The translations under genes were made by a program, and so were the position numbers. A stretch of 64,000 nucleotides of DNA from Candidatus Woesearchaeota archaeon (GTDB lineage Archaea; Nanobdellota; Nanobdellia; Pacearchaeales; GW2011-AR1): positions 15,614 to 79,613 of the forward strand of contig CAZBPV010000002.1 of assembly GCA_964493885.1 (NCBI GenBank), given 5' to 3'. The notes beneath the pieces were generated by a model. That model was given only the letters and a program-made list of their open reading frames with translations. It had not been told where the DNA came from and searched no databases. Positions 54,753 through 63,092 of this stretch are shown one piece after another. Position 1 is the first letter of the stretch. Every line of letters starts with the position of its first letter.

Positions 54753-55279
54753 TTTTTATTAATGTATCCATAGAGGATTAGCCCATTTATTAAATTAGTA
54801 TAAAATTCATCAGACATTTTCTTATAATGAGTAATAATGAGGTGTATCTTTCTATTAATGGATTTTTCATACCTGCTTAAATCAGGATATTCTTCTTTAT
54901 CTGCTATAATTACTATGTCTATATCACTTTTCTCAATGTCTTCGCCTTTAGAATAGCTTCCTATAGCTGAGATTAATTCTGGATTAAGCTTACTTGTCAG
55001 ATGCTCAATCAATCCTGAGGAGTATAGTTGCTCAATATTTGACAGCCTTTTTCTTATAACTGCTTTTGGATTATCAAAATTAAAAGATATCTCTGTAATA
55101 TGTTTCTTTTTTTCCTGAATTAAAATATCCTCTTTGACAAGACTTTCTGTAATGTTTATTATTGTATTTGGGTTTAGGTTGGTAATTTTTGCAAGCTCTC
55201 TTATATGAAATTTGTAGGTTGGTTTTGAAAATATCTCTTTCAATATCCTGCTTTTATTATTGTTCATTTTATTATACAA
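54749..55279 (-). CDS. minimal nucleotidyltransferase (MNT) with an N-terminal wHTH
   Basis: AIGSYSKGEDIEKSDIDIVIIA (GS-x9-DxD), with the N-terminal stretch FHIRELAKITNLNPNTIINITESL. Confidence 0.75.
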   Translation of the reverse strand: MYNKMNNNKSRILKEIFSKPTYKFHIRELAKITNLNPNTIINITESLVKEDILIQEKKKHITEISFNFDNPKAVIRKRLSNIEQLYSSGLIEHLTSKLNPELISAIGSYSKGEDIEKSDIDIVIIADKEEYPDLSRYEKSINRKIHLIITHYKKMSDEFYTNLINGLILYGYINKK

Positions 55280-55403
55280 TTATCCTTTTAATTATACAAC
55301 TGTATAATATTTTATATATTTAAATGTTATGATGAGGGAGTATACCCCTTTTAAGTAAGAACATAAGGGAAAGATTTAAATAATCTATCTTTCTCCAAAA
55401 GTC

Positions 55404-56048
55404 ATGGCACCCATAATCAACGTTGCTGAAGAAGACTTTGAAAGAGCAAGTAAGCTTTTGGAACTTGCAAATGTAGATTATACTCTTCTAAATACTTCTA
55501 AATCTAATTCAACTGAATATTTTGAAGTTCCTAGTCTTAAGGGCATTAAAATTGCAAAGCAAAGAACACTATTAGGAAAGAGTTGGTATGAATCTCATGA
55601 AGCATTACAATCTCAAGGACAGAGAATGATTACTCTTCCTGAATTTGCTGAAGTTCTTAAATACACTCAAAAAGAGCTTCCAGAGGTTTACGAAGATATA
55701 ACTGCAGTAAGAAATCCTTGGAGAGTAGAATGGATTGATGCTTTCTTTGAAGAAAGAGAAGATGGAATGTATATTCTTACAGGAAATAAAACTAGAGCAG
55801 AAAAACTTAAGCCCTGTTTAATGGAAGACAGAACTCCTGGAATTTCATTAGATTCATGGATTGAAAATCCAACAAATCAAGGACTTCCTAAAAGAAATGC
55901 TAAAGAAGGAGATTTATACTTTTGGGCTCCAAAAAGTGGAGCAGTCGCGGGGTTCGTTGCCATCGGTGTTAGGGCTGACCTTGACTGCGTCGGGGATCCT
56001 ACTATCAGGAATTCCATTCTCGGGGTAAGAGCTGTTAAAACCGCTTGA
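55404..56048 (+). CDS. DGR variable (target) protein, 214 aa, with the C-terminal VR probably in a C-type-lectin/FGE-like fold
   Basis: The VR occupies codons 181-208 (AVAGFVAIGVRADLDCVGDPTIRNSILGV) just before the stop. The upstream stretch ...WRVEWIDAFF...GDLYFWAPKSG is consistent with a CLec-type scaffold (inference). Confidence 0.85.
   Translation: MAPIINVAEEDFERASKLLELANVDYTLLNTSKSNSTEYFEVPSLKGIKIAKQRTLLGKSWYESHEALQSQGQRMITLPEFAEVLKYTQKELPEVYEDITAVRNPWRVEWIDAFFEEREDGMYILTGNKTRAEKLKPCLMEDRTPGISLDSWIENPTNQGLPKRNAKEGDLYFWAPKSGAVAGFVAIGVRADLDCVGDPTIRNSILGVRAVKTA
55943..56027 (+). other. DGR variable region (VR)
   Basis: 85 nt aligned without gaps to 56300-56384: 69 identities and 16 mismatches, all opposite TR adenines. 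Confidence 0.9.
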
Positions 56049-56299
56049 TGTTTGGCTCGCTAACAGGAAACTTAAATTTTTAAATAATCTTTTACTTTGT
56101 TTATTGTCCTGAAACATTGTTTTTTGAGCCTTTTTCAGCATGAGCAATTGAAAAAGACTAGAGCAAGAAAAACAAAGGAGGACTACATGCCAGTTTATTA
56201 GCACATCATTTAGATTTATTTTAAGTCATAAAATTCAAAAGTTTCTTGTGAGGAACTTTGGTGGCAGGTTTACCTGATAATTGATAATCTGGCTACACT

Positions 56300-56384
56300 A
56301 GTCGCGAGGTTCAATGCCAACGATGATAGGGCTAACCTTAACTGCAACAGGAATCCTACTAACAGGAATTCCAATCTCGGAATA
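56300..56384 (+). other. DGR template region (TR)
   Basis: 29 adenines, 16 of which differ in the VR (10 read G, 6 read T). In the target frame it encodes VARFNANDDRANLNCNRNPTNRNSNLGI with nine AAY codons. It ends 24 nt before the RT start. Confidence 0.9.
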
Positions 56385-56408
56385 GTTCTCTTTCAGGATA
56401 TTTTACTT

Positions 56409-57413
56409 ATGAAAAATGAATCTCTTTATGATAAAATTATTTCTCTGAAAAACCTTACTCTGGCTTGGAAAAAAGCCAGAAAAGGCAAGACAAGGAAGGA
56501 CGATGTCATTGAATTTGAAGAGAATATTGTCTATAATCTGAAAGTTCTTCATGATGAATTAAAAAGGGGAAATTACCAACCTAAACCCCTAAAAACCTTT
56601 ATCCTTAGAGACCCTAAAACAAGAAAGATTTCAAAATCAGCATTTAGAGATAGAATAGTTCATCATGCTCTGGTTAGAATTATAGAGCCAATTTTTGATA
56701 AATCTTTTATTTATGATAACTGCGCCAATAGAAAAGGCAAGGGAACTTTGTTTGCTTTAAAGAGATTTGATAAATTCAAGAGAAAAGTTACTTCTAATCT
56801 TTCCAAGCAGGCATTTTGTCTTAAAGCAGACATAAAACATTATTTTCAAGAAGTGGATAGGGGAATATTATTAAAAATTATTCAAAGAAGAGTAGATTGC
56901 AGTGGAACTTGCAATTTAATTCAGATAATATTAAGTAACTTTGAGGGACATAAAGGTATGCCTTTGGGTAATTTAACCTCACAATTTTTTGCGAATGTTT
57001 ATCTGAATGAGTTAGATTGGTTTGTGAAGTATAAGTTAAGAGTTAGATATTACATCCGATATGTTGACGACTTTGTGATTTTGCATAAATTTGAATGGCA
57101 ACTTATAAACTGGAAAATAGAGATTAATCAGTTCTTAAGATTCAATTTAAAGATAGAACTTCATAAAGACAAGTCGAGCATAATTTTAATATCTAGAGGT
57201 GTGGATTTTGTGGGGTTTAGAAATTTTTATTATCACCGATTATTGAGGAAGAGAAATATTAGAAAGATGAAAGTAAAGATAGACTTATTTAATCACCCGG
57301 AGATGGAGCAAAATCAATTCATTGAAGTATTTTTAGGATGGACTGCCTATTCAAATTTGGCTAATAGTTATAGTTTAGTTAAAAGTTTAATAAAAATGAT
57401 AAATCTTAGATAG
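56409..57413 (+). CDS. DGR reverse transcriptase
   Basis: 334 aa; RDRIVHHAL, ADIKHYFQEVD, GMPLGNLTSQFFANVYLNELD (DGR-typical SQ motif), YIRYVDDFVIL (YxDD), VDFVGF. Confidence 0.9.
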   Translation: MKNESLYDKIISLKNLTLAWKKARKGKTRKDDVIEFEENIVYNLKVLHDELKRGNYQPKPLKTFILRDPKTRKISKSAFRDRIVHHALVRIIEPIFDKSFIYDNCANRKGKGTLFALKRFDKFKRKVTSNLSKQAFCLKADIKHYFQEVDRGILLKIIQRRVDCSGTCNLIQIILSNFEGHKGMPLGNLTSQFFANVYLNELDWFVKYKLRVRYYIRYVDDFVILHKFEWQLINWKIEINQFLRFNLKIELHKDKSSIILISRGVDFVGFRNFYYHRLLRKRNIRKMKVKIDLFNHPEMEQNQFIEVFLGWTAYSNLANSYSLVKSLIKMINLR

Positions 57414-57443
57414 TTTTTTATATCTTGCTAAGTTATTTTTCAT

Positions 57444-58727
57444 ATGAATATCCAAGCTAAACCTGGAGATTATGTTGAGATACATTTAACTCGATTAATC
57501 TATGAAGGAATCCTTTTAGAAGCTCCTGAATCTGAGACAGGAGTTGTTTTGCTTAAGCTAGATTCTGGGTATAATATTGGATTTAAGAAAAAAGACATAC
57601 TTGAGATAAAAAAGTTAAAAGAAGCAGATAAAAAAATAGAGAAAGTTGAAGTTGAACAAAAGCAAGGAAAACCAAACATTGCTATGATTATTACAGGAGG
57701 AACAATAGCTTCAAGATATGATTCTAAAACTGGAGGAGTTTCGTGGCTTGATTCCCCTGAGAATTTATTTAAATTTTATCCTAAACTTTTTGATAGAGTT
57801 AATGTGATTAAGGTAGAGGTTCCATTTATGAAAGGAAGTGAGAATATGAATCCTGGTGATTGGAAGAAGATTGCAAGAATTGCTGAGAAATTATTAAATG
57901 ATTCAAATATCAGGGGAGTAATTATAACTCACGGAACAGATACTTTGCATTATACTGCTGCTGCACTGAGTTTCTTCTTAAGAAATTTAAATAAACCTGT
58001 TGCTTTAACTTATTCACAGAGAAGTATTGATAGAGCTTCGAGTGATGCTGATTTAAATCTGCAGTGTTCAGCTCTTGCTGCAATTTCAGATATAGCTGAA
58101 GTAATTCTTATAGGGCATGCTTCAACAAATGATGATTTTTGCTATGCACTGCCTGGAACAAAAGTAAGAAAAATGCATAGTTCAAGAAGAGATGCATTTA
58201 GGGTTGTAAACTCCAAGGCATTTGCAGAAGTTTATCCAGATAAATTTGTAAAATTATCTGATTATAATCTAAGGCATACTGGAAAGTGCAAGGCAGATGC
58301 CAAGTTTGAAGATAAAGTTGCATTAGTTAAATTTTATCCTGGACAGACTCCAGATATACTTGATTTTTATATTAAGAATAAGTACAAGGGAATAGTTATT
58401 GAGATGCTTGGATTAGGGCAGATTGCCACAAATACTGAATCTAAGATTGGCTGGACAAAAAAAATCAAAGAGATTATTGATAAAGGAATTATTGTTTGTG
58501 CTACTGCTCAGACAATTTATGGAAGGCTTGATCCTTTAGTTTATTCAACTGGGAGAGAACTTATGGACACTGGAGTTATTTATTTGGAAGACATGCTTTC
58601 TGAAACTGCATATGTTAAACTTGGATGGGTTTTAGGGCATGAGGAATGGGCAAAAAATAAGGAATTGGTTAAGGAGAAAATGCTTGAAAATTTTTCTCAC
58701 GAACTAAATAATAGGCTGGAAAAATAA
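57444..58727 (+). CDS. gatD: Glu-tRNA(Gln) amidotransferase subunit D
   Basis: Asparaginase-like IAMIITGGTIASRYD...ITHGTDTLHYTAAALSF, with an N-terminal GatD-specific domain. Confidence 0.9.
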   Translation: MNIQAKPGDYVEIHLTRLIYEGILLEAPESETGVVLLKLDSGYNIGFKKKDILEIKKLKEADKKIEKVEVEQKQGKPNIAMIITGGTIASRYDSKTGGVSWLDSPENLFKFYPKLFDRVNVIKVEVPFMKGSENMNPGDWKKIARIAEKLLNDSNIRGVIITHGTDTLHYTAAALSFFLRNLNKPVALTYSQRSIDRASSDADLNLQCSALAAISDIAEVILIGHASTNDDFCYALPGTKVRKMHSSRRDAFRVVNSKAFAEVYPDKFVKLSDYNLRHTGKCKADAKFEDKVALVKFYPGQTPDILDFYIKNKYKGIVIEMLGLGQIATNTESKIGWTKKIKEIIDKGIIVCATAQTIYGRLDPLVYSTGRELMDTGVIYLEDMLSETAYVKLGWVLGHEEWAKNKELVKEKMLENFSHELNNRLEK

Positions 58728-59114
58728 TTACTTAATTTTTTTCTCTATTCTGTTTAACTGCTTTTTTAAATCTAAAATCTCTCTTTCTGCTTTTCTATTT
58801 GTAGCATAATCATACTCTGCTCTTTTCCTGTCTCTTTCTGCTGATCTGTTTTGGGACATAAGAATTATCGGAGCTTGCACTGCTGCTAAACAAGATAATA
58901 TTAGGTTTAATAGAATAAATGGATAAGGATCCCAGATTCTTCCAAAGATAATCCATACTGCATTAATGCTCATCCAGATTACAAGGAATACAAAAAAGAG
59001 TATTATAAAATACCAGCTTCCTGCCCATTTTGTTATCCAGTCTGCTGATTTTTGCCCAACAGTAAGTTGGTTTAGTTGAGGATTATTATGATTTTTTGCC
59101 TCTTTTTTAGTCAT
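58728..59114 (-). CDS. DUF1003 membrane protein
   Basis: GSWYFIILFFVFLVIWM...DPYPFILLNLILSCLAAVQAPIILMSQNRSAERDR. Confidence 0.7.
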   Translation of the reverse strand: MTKKEAKNHNNPQLNQLTVGQKSADWITKWAGSWYFIILFFVFLVIWMSINAVWIIFGRIWDPYPFILLNLILSCLAAVQAPIILMSQNRSAERDRKRAEYDYATNRKAEREILDLKKQLNRIEKKIK

Positions 59115-59355
59115 ATCTATAATAAAATTTAAAATATTATAAAATTTATGTTTAGTTAAAGGTTACTTCTTAGTTGTAACTAGGTAGGGGTTACAAAGAG
59201 AAAGGTTTTTAAATAGAGATTACGACTTTTTAATATGTTAAAAGAATTCAAACCAGTGCCTCATACAATTGGAGACCCTATTGTAATTAATGCAGTAAGG
59301 GCAATTAATTTAGTGAAACAGGCAAAGACAAGTTGATGGGCATGTTGGAGGCGGA

Positions 59356-60015
59356 ATGGCTGTTGGAGCATATATTCCTCCGGAAGAACAAAGACCAACA
59401 ATTGACTTAGATTTTACTCTTTTATGGGGTGGAACAACTGAAGAATTTAGAAGTCTTATGAAACCAATGATTCAGGATTTACGATTAAGTGGTTATGATT
59501 TAGATGTTCAAAAGGGAGATAAAACATATGATATTTCTGTTCAATCTCCTGCTAAAAATGATGCTCTTTTAATACAGCATCATAGAAGAAATAAAGGTAA
59601 TTTTGAAAAAAATCGAAAAAGCCTTGAAAGAGAAGTTGCAAATCAGAGAGTAATTGCTAAAGATGGAGTATCTTTTGCAGTTATGAGTCCAGAAGATTTA
59701 ATCCTGCATAAGTTAAGCAGATTATTTACTTTTTCAAATGTATACAATCTTACAATCCCCACAAGGATGAAAACAGAAAATATGATGAGGACAATTAGAT
59801 TATTTAGAAAATCTTATCATTTAGATAATATTAAAGAATCTGATAATGCTTTAATCAGAATGTATCATGATGCTCATGATATTAAGCATCTTTCAATGCA
59901 TGCTGGTTTAAATAAGAGATATTTTGAAGAAGCAGCAAAAGACTGGAACAAGAAATATATGAATGAAGAATCTGCTAAAGCTTTGTTAGAGAAAATGGGA
60001 GTAGAATTAAAATAA
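59356..60015 (+). CDS. nucleotidyltransferase-like protein (AbiEii-like), possibly frameshifted at its 5' end
   Basis: GGGMAVGAYIPPEEQRPTIDLDF resembles the GG-x-A...R-x-T-x-DxD NTase motif. A 33-codon ORF (59235-59336) in another frame looks like the displaced N-terminus. Confidence 0.4.
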   Translation: MAVGAYIPPEEQRPTIDLDFTLLWGGTTEEFRSLMKPMIQDLRLSGYDLDVQKGDKTYDISVQSPAKNDALLIQHHRRNKGNFEKNRKSLEREVANQRVIAKDGVSFAVMSPEDLILHKLSRLFTFSNVYNLTIPTRMKTENMMRTIRLFRKSYHLDNIKESDNALIRMYHDAHDIKHLSMHAGLNKRYFEEAAKDWNKKYMNEESAKALLEKMGVELK

Positions 60016-60059
60016 ACTTTTATCAATAATTTTAATAACCCTTTCTTATTCTTTTAGTT

Positions 60060-61505
60060 ATGAGTGATTTGGATTATGCAAAATTAGGTATGAAATCTGG
60101 ATTAGAGATTCATCAGCAATTAGATACTCATAAATTATTCTGCAGCTGCCCTTCTGTTTTAAGGCAGGATGAGCCAGAGTATGTTATTAAAAGAAAGCTT
60201 CATGCTGTAGCAGGAGAAAAAGGAGCTGTTGATGTTGCTGCAGAGTACCAGGCATCTTTAGACAAGGAATTTATTTATCAAGCATATGATACTACTTGTT
60301 TAGTTGAATTAGATGAAGAACCTCCCCATCAAATAAATCAAGAGGCACTGAAAATTGCAGTGCAGATTGCTGTTTTGTTAAATGCCAAGATTTTTCCTAT
60401 TACACAGATAATGAGAAAGACTGTTATTGATGGAAGTAATACAAGTGGATTTCAGAGAACTATTTTAATTGCGCGAGATGGTTATCTTGAAACTTCTAAT
60501 GGAAGAGTTGGAATCGATAGTATTTGTTTAGAAGAAGATGCTGCGAGAATTGTTTCTAAAGATGAAAATTCAGCAATATATAGATTAGATAGATTAGGAA
60601 TTCCTTTGATTGAGATTGCAACTGCTCCTGATATGAAAACTCCTGAGCAAGTTAAGGAAGTTGCATTGCAAATCGGAAATATATTAAGAAGCTTAAAAGT
60701 TAAAAGAGGACTTGGAACTATTAGACAAGACTTGAATGTTTCTATTAAAGGAGGAGCAAGAACTGAAATAAAAGGGTTTCAGGATCCTTCAATGATGATT
60801 AAAACAATTGAAAATGAACTTAAAAGACAACAGGAAATTATTTCAAAAGGAGAGAGAGTTGTTGAAGGTGTAAGAAATGCATTGAAAGATGGAAGCACAG
60901 AATTCTTAAGGCCAATGCCTGGAGCTGAGAGGATGTATCCTGAAACAGATTTGCCTTTGTTAAAAATACCTTTAGATTTAATTAATGAAGCAAAGAAAAC
61001 ACTTCCTAAATTAAGAAGTGAAGAAGAAAAAGAATTAGTCAAAAAAGGATTAAATAAAGATATGATTACTTTATTGTTCAAGCAAAACAAGCTTGCAGAA
61101 TTCAAGGAGTTGTTAAAAGAGTTTGATAATCCTTCTTTGGTTGCCAAGATATTGCTGATGTATCCTAAGGAAATTGCATCAAGAGAAAATGTTTCATTAG
61201 AAAGAGCAGAGGAATTATTGTCTAGGGAAGTACTAGCATTTATTCTTGAATCAGTTAAAAAGAAAAAAATCTTAGAGAATGATATTAAATTAGTGCTAGA
61301 GAAAGTTGTTAGAGGAGAAGATGTCAAGGAAGCAATTGAAATTGAAAAAGCAGATGTTACTGAAATTGAAGACGAAATTAGGAAGCTTATAGGTAATAAA
61401 CCAGGATTATCTCCTAATGCCTATATGGGATTAGTTATGAAAGAATTTAAGGGAAGAGTTGATGGAAAAACAGCAATAGAAATTATTAAAAGATATGTCA
61501 AATGA
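60060..61505 (+). CDS. gatE: Glu-tRNA(Gln) amidotransferase subunit E, short form (481 aa)
   Basis: GLEIHQQLDTHKLFCSCPS...TCLVELDEEPPH...FLRPMPGAERMYPETDLP. The segment between ELKRQQ and FLRPMPG is only about 30 aa. Confidence 0.85.
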   Translation: MSDLDYAKLGMKSGLEIHQQLDTHKLFCSCPSVLRQDEPEYVIKRKLHAVAGEKGAVDVAAEYQASLDKEFIYQAYDTTCLVELDEEPPHQINQEALKIAVQIAVLLNAKIFPITQIMRKTVIDGSNTSGFQRTILIARDGYLETSNGRVGIDSICLEEDAARIVSKDENSAIYRLDRLGIPLIEIATAPDMKTPEQVKEVALQIGNILRSLKVKRGLGTIRQDLNVSIKGGARTEIKGFQDPSMMIKTIENELKRQQEIISKGERVVEGVRNALKDGSTEFLRPMPGAERMYPETDLPLLKIPLDLINEAKKTLPKLRSEEEKELVKKGLNKDMITLLFKQNKLAEFKELLKEFDNPSLVAKILLMYPKEIASRENVSLERAEELLSREVLAFILESVKKKKILENDIKLVLEKVVRGEDVKEAIEIEKADVTEIEDEIRKLIGNKPGLSPNAYMGLVMKEFKGRVDGKTAIEIIKRYVK

Positions 61506-61545
61506 GTATAATCGAATTTAAAAATTAATTTTTGTAAAAATATCT

Positions 61546-63048
61546 ATGAAAAAAGGATTTGATACTGAAAAATATTTAGAACTTCAGTCTAAGGAAATAC
61601 TATTAAGAGCTGAAAAAGAGAAAAAACTCTATTTAGAATTTGGTGGAAAGATTTGCGATGATTTTCATGCTGCAAGGGTTCTTCCTGGATATGAACCCAA
61701 TACAAAAATAAAAATGTTAAATTTAATCAAAAATGATTCTGAGATTGTTTTTTGTATTTCAGCAAAGGATATAGTAAATAAAAAAATGAGAGCTGATTTT
61801 GGATTGACTTATGAATCAATGACTTTAAAATCAATAAATGATTTAAGAAATTTCGGGCTTAATTTTTCTGCGGTGATTATAAATAGATTTTCTGGAGAAA
61901 GAGAGGCTTTGAAATTTAAAACTTACCTGGAAAATATTGGAATAAAAGTTTATCTTCAAAAAGAAATACAAGGATATCCTGCAGATGTTTCAAAGATTGT
62001 GAGTTTTGAGGGATACGGGCAAAACCCTTATATTGAAACCTCAAAAAAAATTGTAGTTGTTACCGGGGCAGGTCCTGGAAGTGGTAAAATGTCTTTTTGC
62101 CTTTCACAGCTTTATTTTGATTCTTTAAATAATATTAAATCTGGATTTGCAAAATTTGAGACTTTCCCAATTTGGAATCTTCCAATAGAGCATCCTATAA
62201 ATATTGCTTATGAAGCAGCTACAGTAGATTTAGGAGATATAAACATGGTAGATCCTTTTCATTTAGAAGCTTATTCTCAGATAGCTATAAATTATAACAG
62301 AGATATAGAAAATTTTCCAATATTAAGAGAAATTCTTAAGAGAATTGGGAAAAATTCTTATAAATCTCCAACAGATATGGGAGTAAGCAAAGCAAAAGAA
62401 GGAATAATTAATGACAACATTGTTAAAGATGCTGCTAAAAATGAGATAATCCGTAGGTATTTCAGGCATAAAAAAGATGTTCTTTTTGGAATTCATGAAA
62501 AAATTATTTTGGAGAGAATAGAAAAATTAATGCAAAAATTAGGAATCAATGAAGATTACAGAAAAACTGTAAATTATGCAAGAAATGCTGCTAAAGAAGC
62601 GCAATTACAACAAAATAAGGGCAACAAAGGATTTTATTGCGGAGCTGCTTTGGAGATTGATGAGAAAATAATAACTGGGAAAAATTCTCCATTGCTTCAT
62701 GCTGAATCTGCTTGTATAATCAACACTCTAAAATCTCTTGCAGGAATTCCTGCGGATATTGATTTAATTCCTGAACATATTTTTCAGAGCATTAGAGAGA
62801 TGAAAAAAAATCTCTGTAATTCAAATAATCCAAGTTTAGATGTAAATGAAATTTTAATTGCTTTGTCTATTTCTGCTCAAAATAATCCTTCGGCAAAGAG
62901 ATGTGTAGAAAAACTCTGTCTGCTAAAAAATTGCGAGATGCATACAACCCATCTTCCGAGCAAAGGAGATGAAGAAGGAATAAGAAACATTGGGATTAAC
63001 CTAACTAGTGATATAGAGCTGGGGCCTAAGATATATTTAAAAGATTAG
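61546..63048 (+). CDS. UPF0371/DUF1846 family protein
   Basis: MKKGFDTEKYLELQSKEIL...LYLEFGGKICDDFHAARVLPGYEPN; 500 aa, typical length for the family. Confidence 0.8.
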   Translation: MKKGFDTEKYLELQSKEILLRAEKEKKLYLEFGGKICDDFHAARVLPGYEPNTKIKMLNLIKNDSEIVFCISAKDIVNKKMRADFGLTYESMTLKSINDLRNFGLNFSAVIINRFSGEREALKFKTYLENIGIKVYLQKEIQGYPADVSKIVSFEGYGQNPYIETSKKIVVVTGAGPGSGKMSFCLSQLYFDSLNNIKSGFAKFETFPIWNLPIEHPINIAYEAATVDLGDINMVDPFHLEAYSQIAINYNRDIENFPILREILKRIGKNSYKSPTDMGVSKAKEGIINDNIVKDAAKNEIIRRYFRHKKDVLFGIHEKIILERIEKLMQKLGINEDYRKTVNYARNAAKEAQLQQNKGNKGFYCGAALEIDEKIITGKNSPLLHAESACIINTLKSLAGIPADIDLIPEHIFQSIREMKKNLCNSNNPSLDVNEILIALSISAQNNPSAKRCVEKLCLLKNCEMHTTHLPSKGDEEGIRNIGINLTSDIELGPKIYLKD

Positions 63049-63092
63049 CATTAATAGAAATTATTAAAAACCTATTAAGATGATATAAAATA

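Larger units (their letters stand above)
55404..57413 (+). mobile_element. diversity-generating retroelement cassette (target gene with VR, then spacer, TR and RT)
   Basis: VR/TR pair with adenine-only mismatches, followed immediately by a DGR-type RT; see the component features. Confidence 0.9.

Noticed and set aside
55914-56204. 96-aa minus-strand ORF between the DGR target and the TR, considered as a possible Avd accessory gene
   Set aside because: It is antisense to the VR and the target 3' end, its sequence is Cys/Ser/Phe-rich and not helical or basic, and it has the wrong orientation relative to TR-RT.
60779-61327. 182-aa minus-strand ORF
   Set aside because: It is antisense to the well-supported gatE, with Ser/Leu/Asn-rich low-complexity composition typical of AT-rich antisense frames.
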